Assembly (NCBI RefSeq): GCF_000018465.1 | Contig: NC_010085.1 | Coordinates: 390,001 to 422,000 of the forward strand | DNA: 32,000 nucleotides | From: Nitrosopumilus maritimus SCM1 | GTDB lineage: Archaea; Thermoproteota; Nitrososphaeria; Nitrososphaerales; Nitrosopumilaceae | Reading direction: 5' to 3' | Shown: positions 24,853 through 32,000 of the stretch, piece by piece | Layout: the number at the start of each line of letters is the position of its first letter | How positions within the stretch are numbered: the stretch's first letter is position 1 | The notes under the pieces: generated by a model | What the model was told of the DNA's origin: nothing | The model's database searches: none | The model's input: the letters and a program-made list of their open reading frames with translations, nothing else | Translations under genes and position numbers: made by a program

Positions 24853-25629
24853 ATGGGTGAACCCGATGTTGTACCTGAAAGACTATCAAATCCTCTAAAT
24901 CGATACATCATTTTTGGAATTTTGGTAGCGGGAGTTATCATTTTCACATCAATGAATGTGTTCAATGAAGATGATGTGAGCATTTTTGCATTTGTTATCT
25001 CGGTTTCACTTACAATCTGTCTTTCTATATTTTGCTTCATTGTATCAAAGAAACACGAAACAGGCCTTTTAGCCAAATCTTATCTTTCCTTGGGCTTAGG
25101 ATTTACTTCCTATCTTGTGGCTGAATTATTGTATTATACATTTGACTTAATCCTGGGAATTGAGGCTTATCCTTCAATTGCTGATATCTTCTTTTTTGCT
25201 CTCTATCCCTTTGTTCTAGGCCATCTGCTCTTAAACATCAGATATTTTCATTCAGGTTACACCACTTTAGAAAAAATCTGGATTCCGATAATCCCTATTA
25301 TTGCATTAATTGTCTATGTTGCTTTGTCTCTAAGCATCCCTGATGCTGAATTGAATTTTGACTTTTACTATGGTTTTATTTTTGTAACTGGCGCATCTTT
25401 CACATTATCTTTTACCATTTTGGGGGCTTCTATTTTTAGACAAGGAATATTGGGCGCAGTTTGGTTGCTACTCGTTATTGGACTGATGATTAATGCTGCT
25501 GGAGATGTTTGGTACTATCATCTAGAAATATTTGGCCTGTATTTTGATGCTCATCCTGTAACTACTGTTTGGTATGTTGCAAATATGTTCATCATCTATG
25601 CTTTATGGAAACAGCTTAAAACTACCTAG
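24853..25629 (+). CDS. Integral membrane protein, unknown function
   Basis: Seven to eight hydrophobic segments; YPSIADIFFFALYPFVLGHLLLNIRYF. Confidence 0.85.
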   Translation: MGEPDVVPERLSNPLNRYIIFGILVAGVIIFTSMNVFNEDDVSIFAFVISVSLTICLSIFCFIVSKKHETGLLAKSYLSLGLGFTSYLVAELLYYTFDLILGIEAYPSIADIFFFALYPFVLGHLLLNIRYFHSGYTTLEKIWIPIIPIIALIVYVALSLSIPDAELNFDFYYGFIFVTGASFTLSFTILGASIFRQGILGAVWLLLVIGLMINAAGDVWYYHLEIFGLYFDAHPVTTVWYVANMFIIYALWKQLKTT

Positions 25630-26135
25630 ATTGATACCCATTCAGATTCTGCATTGAATTTTGATTTGTATCTCCTCATTCTTTTTAGCACTAACTCTGC
25701 AGTATTTCTGACACTTTCATTCTCATCCTGACATGATCTTTTCATTGCATCTATCTGATCAGTTGCTCTGATGATCATTAAACACTCAGTTGCTTCATGA
25801 CGTACTAGTGGACTAGGATCATAATTTGCAGCATATGCAAGTTCTGGAATAATTCTTCTCATGTTTCTAGCTGCTATCTGATAACATACTTCATGGCGTA
25901 CAACATCATTATCATCATTTTTCAAAACCCATGCAAACAAATCTGTCGTCTTTTCAAACAGTGGTCCTTTAAGACCAACCTCCACTGGTATTTCTCCTGC
26001 AAGCCATACGGCATCCCATCTTTCAGATTCATCTTTTGATGTCTTGAATATCTCTTCTAATTTCAAAAATCTCTCTTCAAGTGGCATAGCCTTGATAATT
26101 TTATCAAACTCGTCTGGAATATTGACTGTACTCAT
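25626..26135 (-). CDS. HEAT-like repeat protein
   Basis: ERWDAVWLAGEI, NDVVRHEVCYQIA, SPLVRHEATECLMII, ESVRNTAELVLKRM helical repeats; likely start MSTVNIPDE at 26135. Confidence 0.8.
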   Translation of the reverse strand: MSTVNIPDEFDKIIKAMPLEERFLKLEEIFKTSKDESERWDAVWLAGEIPVEVGLKGPLFEKTTDLFAWVLKNDDNDVVRHEVCYQIAARNMRRIIPELAYAANYDPSPLVRHEATECLMIIRATDQIDAMKRSCQDENESVRNTAELVLKRMRRYKSKFNAESEWVSI

Positions 26136-26241
26136 GGTAGGTGATAACATGTGAATTTACTACTATTTCAATTTTTGGCAAATTATTAGGATATAGATAT
26201 ATGCTTATTCCCATTATTGGAACTCATGGGTCAAATCAATA

Positions 26242-27243
26242 ATGAGCGTGGTATCTAAATTCCAGCCCACCTATGAAAACTTAAGAAAATCAAAAATCAA
26301 TAAAATTTCCCTATTTTCAAAATTAAAAAGTAAAACCGTCGGTGTGGGTTTTTTATTTGCTATTTTAGCTGCTGCATTTTCGGCATTACCTAATGTTATA
26401 CCAAAGTCATTTTTGGATGCACATGCTGTAGATACTTCAACAATTCCAAATCCCCTGATGTTGGTTTTTGTGATTTATGTTGTAAACAGTTTACTGTTTT
26501 CTCCATTTCGTAAGTCTCAAAGAGAACATGAAGTAAAAAAAACAAGTCGAATGACTTTGTTTTTGTTAATATTGCTTGGAGCAGTAGAGGCCTCAGGAAC
26601 ATTAACTTATACATTTGGACTCCAAGAAACTAGTGCAACAAATGCTTCTATCTTAGTAAATTCTGAAACTGTTTTTGCCATTTTACTAGGCATTATGATC
26701 TTTAGAGAAAAATTAAGTAAACAAGAAGTTTTGCCATTTTTCCTAATTGTTGCAGGTTCAATCTTGATTCCCGTTGGTGCTGATATTCAAAACAACGAAT
26801 GGGAATTGTCTGATTTCATGATGGGTGATTTACTTATTGTTATGTCTGGATTTTTTTACTGTCTTGACACCTTTATTGCCAAAAAACTAGATGATTCCAT
26901 CAAAACTCGTCATATAGTCCACATTATGTCCTGCACTGGTGCAATAATGACTTTGGGATTAATGTTGTTCTTTGAAATCCCATTTGATATTTCGTTTGAG
27001 GAATTATCTGTAATGTCTTTTGTTGGATTTTTGGGAATTGGTGTTACTATGATGTTTTTTGTCATTGCATTAAGATTAATTGGTGCTGTAAGGACTGTTC
27101 TAATTTACTCATCTACGACTATATTTAGCATAGTCTATTCAATTTTGATTTTATCTGAAGGGCTTACAATTTTGAATATTGTATCTACATCTAGCGTGCT
27201 AATTGGGTTGTTTGTTCTTCGTAATAGGGTGGGGTCTGATTAA
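26242..27243 (+). CDS. EamA/DMT-superfamily transporter
   Basis: About 10 TM segments; TYTFGLQETSATNASILVNSETVFAILLGIMIFREKLSKQEVLPF. Confidence 0.9.
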   Translation: MSVVSKFQPTYENLRKSKINKISLFSKLKSKTVGVGFLFAILAAAFSALPNVIPKSFLDAHAVDTSTIPNPLMLVFVIYVVNSLLFSPFRKSQREHEVKKTSRMTLFLLILLGAVEASGTLTYTFGLQETSATNASILVNSETVFAILLGIMIFREKLSKQEVLPFFLIVAGSILIPVGADIQNNEWELSDFMMGDLLIVMSGFFYCLDTFIAKKLDDSIKTRHIVHIMSCTGAIMTLGLMLFFEIPFDISFEELSVMSFVGFLGIGVTMMFFVIALRLIGAVRTVLIYSSTTIFSIVYSILILSEGLTILNIVSTSSVLIGLFVLRNRVGSD

Positions 27244-27352
27244 GGTATGATGTTCTTATATTTATATTCCCAAATTCGGGAACCACTATCTTATAAGAAT
27301 AACTCTGATTCCCTTGCATAATATTAATAACTAATAACAAAATATCAATAGT

Positions 27353-27952
27353 ATGCCTGGATTAGACAGTCTTCTTGCTAACTCCTTGAAGGAATCCATT
27401 ACAAAAGATCTTGGAAAAGGTATGGTTAAAAAAATCGAAGATCGTTTGTTTGAAAAATATGGTATTTCATTTGCTCAGTCAATTGAGAATTTTGATAAAT
27501 TAGATCTAGTTCTAAGGGAATTCTTTGGCAAGGGAACAGATGGTTTAGAGAAAAAATTCTTTGAAACAATCTTTCAATCAAAATCAAAGAACTCAAAGGA
27601 TGGATGGTACCAATTACGTGATGAAAACTTGTCACAAATGATTCTACAGTCTTTTGGTGATCCTGAAAAAAAGGCAATTTTAGAATCAGCTACTGAAACT
27701 CCAAAAATAATCACTGACATCATTAAAGATTGTAATCTATCTCAGACATCTGGTTACAGAAAAATTAACAGTTTAATCGATGACGGTTTACTCTATAAAA
27801 CAGGACATATTGTTCGTGACAATAAAAAAATCAACAAGTATGTCTGCTCATTTAGTAATCTTCGAATTAATATTGAAAATAAAAAGACAAGTGTGGAATT
27901 ACAGTTAATGGATAATGAGCAGAGCTTATTTGTTCAAACCATCAAAGCTTAG
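27353..27952 (+). CDS. Predicted regulatory protein with HTH-like segment (copy 2)
   Basis: MPGLDSLLANSLKESI...LFEKYGISFAQSIENFDKL...CNLSQTSGYRKINSLIDDGLL; paralog of 10592..11197. Confidence 0.8.
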   Translation: MPGLDSLLANSLKESITKDLGKGMVKKIEDRLFEKYGISFAQSIENFDKLDLVLREFFGKGTDGLEKKFFETIFQSKSKNSKDGWYQLRDENLSQMILQSFGDPEKKAILESATETPKIITDIIKDCNLSQTSGYRKINSLIDDGLLYKTGHIVRDNKKINKYVCSFSNLRINIENKKTSVELQLMDNEQSLFVQTIKA

Positions 27953-28183
27953 ATACAAATTCATTGTTACAGATTTTGGAATAGAGAAATAACTGATTTT
28001 AATTCATTATCTGATTCCATCTAATCTAACACAAAACTATCCTAATTAGATACCTGAAATTCCTAAATTCAATCAAATATTGTTGAATTCTTAAGATTAT
28101 ACCGTATGAAACCAATAATCTATTACTACGCAGTAAAAAATGACTAACGGTTAAATATCATTTCCAGATATGGAAATAATACC

Positions 28184-28570
28184 ATGAAGACAGCAATTGT
28201 TGTAGATAACGATCATGATATTGTTGAGGTATTTTCTGACCTTTTAGAGATGCTAGAATTTGATGTTATTTCTAAAGGATATGATGGCGGCGATGCTATA
28301 ACAATGTATGAAAAATTCAAACCAGATGTAATTTTCATGGATGTGCATATGGAAGAAATGCATGGAGATCAAGCACTAAAAGAAATTAGAACAATTGACA
28401 AGGATGTAAAGGTAGTAATGGTAACTGGGGATATGTCAAAATCTATGGAAGATACATTGGAAAAATATGGTGCATCGGCAATAATTCACAAACCCTTTGA
28501 CATTAAAATCATAAATGAAATTATTACTGAACTAGAAAATGCAACTTCTATAGTAATCCAAAAAGCATAA
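28184..28570 (+). CDS. Response regulator receiver (CheY-like), stand-alone
   Basis: VVDNDHDIVEVF, DVIFMDVHMEEMHG, VVMVTGD, HKPFD. Confidence 0.95.
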   Translation: MKTAIVVDNDHDIVEVFSDLLEMLEFDVISKGYDGGDAITMYEKFKPDVIFMDVHMEEMHGDQALKEIRTIDKDVKVVMVTGDMSKSMEDTLEKYGASAIIHKPFDIKIINEIITELENATSIVIQKA

Positions 28571-28606
28571 TCCTTTTTCGTTCATAGTTTGGATTAAACA
28601 GAATGG

Positions 28607-28681
28607 TGCTCCCACCGGGATTTGAACCCGGGTCACAGCCTTGAGAGGGCTGTATGCTTAACCGGACTACACTATGGGAGC
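28607..28681 (-). tRNA. tRNA-Glu (CTC anticodon)
   Basis: Reverse complement GCTCCCATAGTGTAGTCCGGTTAAGCATACAGCCCTCTCAAGGCTGTGACCCGGGTTCAAATCCCGGTGGGAGCA; anticodon loop CTCTCAA. CCA encoded at 28604-28606. Confidence 0.96.
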
Positions 28682-28791
28682 TTAATCAAAAACAATCCTG
28701 TCTCAATTTAAAGGAAATGTTTTGACTTTACATGAATTTGTTAAACTTTGTGAGTTAGGCCATTTATAGAAAATCTGTCATATTATTTTCC

Positions 28792-29673
28792 ATGGATTTG
28801 CAAAAAATTCCTGAAAAATTAGGGTTGTCTGATTTTCCTGTAGGTTTAGGTGGTTGTAGAATTTCTGACCATTTTTTTGATTCCTGTGGATATGACGTTG
28901 TTGTCTTTGATGAAAAAGATGAGCCTGATAAAATTGTCTCAATTGATAATGAAATGTTTGTTCTTCATCATGGAACATTTTCTGAAACAAATTCAAAGAA
29001 ACTTTTGCAATATGATAATTTGAAAATAATTCAAGATGCTTCCTGGGATCTTCGAATGTTTCTATCAAAAATTAAAGAAAAGCACTCAGCACTGTTTGCT
29101 GACTATGCAAAAAACTCTTTGATTGAATCTATGTTTTGCTGCCAAAAGGCAAAAGAATCCATTGACAACTCTGATGACTTTGCCCCCTGTTGGCAAAAAT
29201 GTGCATCATTTTATCTGGCTGATGCAATTACTTCGCTAAATAACAAAAGATTGGGTGCCTCACATATGCTTGATTTTTTGAGAAAGTTTGCAAAAAGCCC
29301 AATTAATGAACACATCTCTGTTGTAACTCAGACAGTCGGAATAGAGAGAGCAACTCCTGTTTTACTTGAGCGTATGGTAAAGTCTACCGTGGGATTTTCT
29401 GATATGGTTGAAAAAAACAATCATTCTCAGATTATTCAAAAAACACATGACTATTTTGTGAAAAATTCAATGCTTTCTGATTGTTATTTTTACCTGGGAT
29501 ATGTCAATAAAGAAAATTTCATAAAAATCAAAAATACTTTGAGCAAAAATCATGATCTCATTCATGTATTAAAAACGGCATTTGATGTCGAAGCTGATTT
29601 AGAATTATTAAAACAACAATCTGATCTTATTAAAAAATCATGTAATGCAATTCTTGAGGCTGCATCCAAATAG
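28792..29673 (+). CDS. Hypothetical 293-aa protein, possibly nucleotidyltransferase-like
   Basis: Complete ORF; GLGGCRISDHFFDSCGYDVVVFDE at the N-terminus followed by a mostly helical region. Family assignment not secure. Confidence 0.8.
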   Translation: MDLQKIPEKLGLSDFPVGLGGCRISDHFFDSCGYDVVVFDEKDEPDKIVSIDNEMFVLHHGTFSETNSKKLLQYDNLKIIQDASWDLRMFLSKIKEKHSALFADYAKNSLIESMFCCQKAKESIDNSDDFAPCWQKCASFYLADAITSLNNKRLGASHMLDFLRKFAKSPINEHISVVTQTVGIERATPVLLERMVKSTVGFSDMVEKNNHSQIIQKTHDYFVKNSMLSDCYFYLGYVNKENFIKIKNTLSKNHDLIHVLKTAFDVEADLELLKQQSDLIKKSCNAILEAASK

Positions 29674-29726
29674 ATTTTCTTAATTCATGTACTAACCTTT
29701 TAAAACAAGTATGATTATGTTTTCTC

Positions 29727-29870
29727 ATGACAGATCAAGCATGTGGATGCGAAGCTGATAGCGGCGATCCTGATTACTCATGTGATTGTGCAATGCAAGG
29801 TCATTGTATCTGTAGCGCAGACTGCAAATGTGGTACTGACGTTTGTAAAGAAGCTACTAAAGACATGTAA
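29727..29870 (+). CDS. 47-aa nine-cysteine metallothionein-like protein MTDQACGCEADSGDPDYSCDCAMQGHCICSADCKCGTDVCKEATKDM
   Basis: Manual translation from ATG 29727 to TAA 29868-29870; four CxC motifs (CGC, CDC, CIC, CKC). Absent from the supplied ORF track because of length. Confidence 0.8.
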   Translation: MTDQACGCEADSGDPDYSCDCAMQGHCICSADCKCGTDVCKEATKDM

Positions 29871-29890
29871 TTGGATTTTTCCAATTTTTT
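29869..29890 (+). terminator. Hairpin plus T-tract: AATTGGA-TTTT-TCCAATT followed by TTTT
   Basis: Perfect 7-bp arms at 29869-29875 and 29880-29886, then T-run; overlaps the stop codon of the nine-Cys ORF. Confidence 0.45.
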
Positions 29891-29905
29891 CTTTTATTTT
29901 TAAAA

Positions 29906-30121
29906 TTATTCTTCCTCTTCCTCAAATCCCCAAGATTTTACTAACTCTTTTTGGAATTTGTCATTCTGTTTTGCATCTAGTGCGTATCCACAGTTCTTGT
30001 GTGTTGGAACAACGTTCATTCCATCTAGTTTGAATTCCACTTCATACAAGTGAACTTTGGAGCATTCGCACATGTCTATCCAGTCTCTAAATTTTCCTCT
30101 ATATTTGCTTATTTGAAGCAA
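29906..30121 (-). CDS. Small acidic-tailed protein with CxC/HxxxC cysteines; start either TTG 30121 or ATG 30073
   Basis: MCECSKVHLYEVEFKLDGMNVVPTHKNCGYALDAKQNDKFQKELVKSWGFEEEEE from ATG 30073; the longer form starts at TTG. Confidence 0.65.
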   Translation of the reverse strand: MLQISKYRGKFRDWIDMCECSKVHLYEVEFKLDGMNVVPTHKNCGYALDAKQNDKFQKELVKSWGFEEEEE

Positions 30122-30165
30122 GTTGAATAACGTTTAACTATCTCTTTTGATAATTTTTTTTAGAT

Positions 30166-31641
30166 TTGAATAAACTGTTAATTCTTCCAATTTTCATGAC
30201 GGTATTTTTGGGTACTTTGATGATGCCTTCAGCTTTTGCACAATTTCAATCTGGAGGTGTAGATATGCCTGGAACATGGTATGTTGGTGAAGGCCTCAAA
30301 CACGGCGATTATTTTTCTTACAATCTTTGTCATGTTGACTATAAGGAATGTGCTGAATTTGGTCTAGATATGTGGATTAAAGGAGATATTCAATCTGGCA
30401 GTGAAACAAAGTGGTTAGCTGAAGTTGTTGTATATGATGGCAACAAAGTTGTTGTCGGTGAAATGGAATTAGGAAAGATTGCTCCTGAACCAACTGGTGG
30501 AAGTGAAGAACTAGGTGTGTATAGAGGTGCATTCAAATCTTCAGTTGCATGGTTATCTGCATTTGCAACATCTGATTCTGGAACTAGTGGAAAAGGACCA
30601 AAGGCATTTAGTGCAACTTCATGGGGAAAGATTGGAAACATTGGTGGAGAACAAGTACTTCCCATGAAGATTGAAACAATTACTATTTCATCTGGAACTT
30701 GGGAAACTGTACAAATGGGATGGCGTACTGGTGGACAAACAAGCAAAGTTTGGATTGTAGATGAATTTCCATTTCCTGTAAAAGCCCATACGTTAACTCA
30801 TGTTTCAGAGGGAATTCCTCCAGCTGAATACAAATTTGAATTACTAGATTACAAAGAAAACGTTTCAACAAGCCCTTTTTCAGGAATTGTATCTACTGTT
30901 GACACTTTTTCAGAACAAGGATGTGATACTGATTTTGAACGAGATGTCACTATAAAAAAACCTACAAACAACTTTGATTATCAAATTCATGTATTCTATG
31001 GACCTGAAGAACCAGTACAAGGTTGTGAGATGCAATGGCTAATAAAATTTATCAGCAAATTTGACGATACTGAATTTTTGAACCAAGTCCAATTTGATTT
31101 TCTAGTAGTAGATGATAACTTGACTCCATTACGTTCAATGGCTCAAGATGAAGGAAGACAGTATCTCTACTCTCCATCTGGACAATACATTCTTGATATG
31201 GTAGTCCAAGAACCACCTGGCAAAGTAAACTATGTTATTTGGGTTTATGGATTAGCTCCTGAAGGAATAGTACCTGGTTCTGCTGCAGATTATTTACAAA
31301 TTCCTGTAACTGTTTTTGCCAGTGAAGGAAGTACTCCGGTAGTTTCTCCACCTTTTGAAACAACATCTCAGGAAATACCTGAATGGATTAAGAATAATGC
31401 AGGCTGGTGGGCAGAAGGTGCAATTGATGATGGTTCATTTGTTCAAGGAATTCAATTCTTAATCAAAGAAGGAATTATGCAAATTCCTCCAACTACACAA
31501 GGAACTAGTTCTTCTAATGAAATTCCCTCTTGGATAAAGCAAAATGCTGCATGGTGGGCAGAAGGTGCAATTGATGATGGTTCATTTGTTCAAGGAATCC
31601 AATTCTTAATCAAAGAAGGAATAATGAGTATCTCTTCTTAA
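30166..31641 (+). CDS. Secreted protein with two C-terminal PEWIKxNAGWWAEGAIDDGSFVQGIQFLIKEGIM repeats
   Basis: Signal peptide MNKLLILPIFMTVFLGTLMMPSAFAQ; near-identical repeats of about 38 aa separated by a Thr/Ser linker. Confidence 0.9.
   Translation: MNKLLILPIFMTVFLGTLMMPSAFAQFQSGGVDMPGTWYVGEGLKHGDYFSYNLCHVDYKECAEFGLDMWIKGDIQSGSETKWLAEVVVYDGNKVVVGEMELGKIAPEPTGGSEELGVYRGAFKSSVAWLSAFATSDSGTSGKGPKAFSATSWGKIGNIGGEQVLPMKIETITISSGTWETVQMGWRTGGQTSKVWIVDEFPFPVKAHTLTHVSEGIPPAEYKFELLDYKENVSTSPFSGIVSTVDTFSEQGCDTDFERDVTIKKPTNNFDYQIHVFYGPEEPVQGCEMQWLIKFISKFDDTEFLNQVQFDFLVVDDNLTPLRSMAQDEGRQYLYSPSGQYILDMVVQEPPGKVNYVIWVYGLAPEGIVPGSAADYLQIPVTVFASEGSTPVVSPPFETTSQEIPEWIKNNAGWWAEGAIDDGSFVQGIQFLIKEGIMQIPPTTQGTSSSNEIPSWIKQNAAWWAEGAIDDGSFVQGIQFLIKEGIMSISS
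31369..31638 (+). repeat. Two direct repeats encoding IP(E/S)WIKxNAxWWAEGAIDDGSFVQGIQFLIKEGIM
   Basis: gaaatacctgaatggattaagaat... and gaaattccctcttggataaagcaa..., sharing long stretches of nucleotide identity. Confidence 0.9.
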
Positions 31642-31687
31642 TTACCTACATTCAAATTGTGAATACTGGAAAAATTTTTGAAGAAAA

Positions 31688-32000
31688 ATGGTTGGTCTTT
31701 TCAAACATCCTAAACGAAAAATTAGAAAATTAACTGCACAAGGAAACTATGAAGATGCCATAAAATTAGGAAAAAGTTTGGAATCTGAATATTCTGATGA
31801 TTCTGACTTTATGTTCATCATGGGCAGTGTCTACTTTTTAGTAGATGAACCAAAAAATGCTCTGCCATATTTTGAAAAAGCTTTCCAACTAAATTCTGAT
31901 GACCTTGAGATGCTTAGACTCAAAACTAATGTCCACTTGGCTTTGGAGCAAAAATCTGAAGCCATTGATTGTTGTGAACACATTCTAAAAATTGATCCAA
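31688..32000 (+). CDS. TPR-like repeat protein (3'-truncated by window edge)
   Basis: Manual translation MVGLFKHPKRKIRKLTAQGNYEDAIKLGKSLESEYSDDSDFMFIMGSVYFLVDEPKNALPYFEKAFQLNSDDLEMLRLKTNVHLALEQKSEAIDCCEHILKIDP...; open to the window end. Confidence 0.85.
   Translation, partial: MVGLFKHPKRKIRKLTAQGNYEDAIKLGKSLESEYSDDSDFMFIMGSVYFLVDEPKNALPYFEKAFQLNSDDLEMLRLKTNVHLALEQKSEAIDCCEHILKIDP

Noticed and set aside
28116-28140. Short AT-rich inverted repeat AATAATCTATTATT upstream of the second receiver gene
   Set aside because: Only 6-bp A/T arms in an AT-rich intergenic region; expected by chance without conservation data.
29743-30033. 96-aa plus-strand ORF in the track
   Set aside because: It overlaps the better supported nine-cysteine ORF in a different frame and runs through the hairpin/T-tract and the opposite-strand small gene.

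Overview
This 32-kb window looks like chromosomal DNA from an AT-rich ammonia-oxidising archaeon (Thaumarchaeota/Nitrososphaeria, Nitrosopumilus-like; inferred from protein character, no database search run). Housekeeping content: tandem rhodanese-type sulfurtransferase, ferredoxin-domain protein, GT2 glycosyltransferase, CPA2-type cation:proton antiporter, ribosomal protein L10e, tRNA-splicing endonuclease, EamA/DMT transporter, tRNA-Gly(GCC) and tRNA-Glu(CTC). The accessory centre (about 10.1-24.8 kb) is dominated by a giant surface/secreted protein of about 2,764 aa (12319..20613). It has a membrane/signal N-terminus, two blocks that each contain seven beta-propeller-like repeats, a long sequon-rich tandem array with near-identical 114-, 120- and 60-bp DNA repeats, an SbsA/Big-like Ig region and two acidic/proline C-terminal minisatellites. 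It is bracketed by paralogous pairs of small membrane-anchored proteins (A/A') and secreted four-cysteine proteins (B/B'). The B/B' promoters share an identical TATA-like 10-mer and CCA-N4-TGG inverted repeats. Nearby are a histidine kinase with two CHASE3-like segments, and two unlinked copies of a module pairing a CheY-like receiver with a C-terminal-HTH-like protein. Two very small ORFs absent from the supplied track are proposed: a 47-aa, nine-cysteine metallothionein-like protein and a 35-aa CxxC protein next to an 11-bp inverted repeat.
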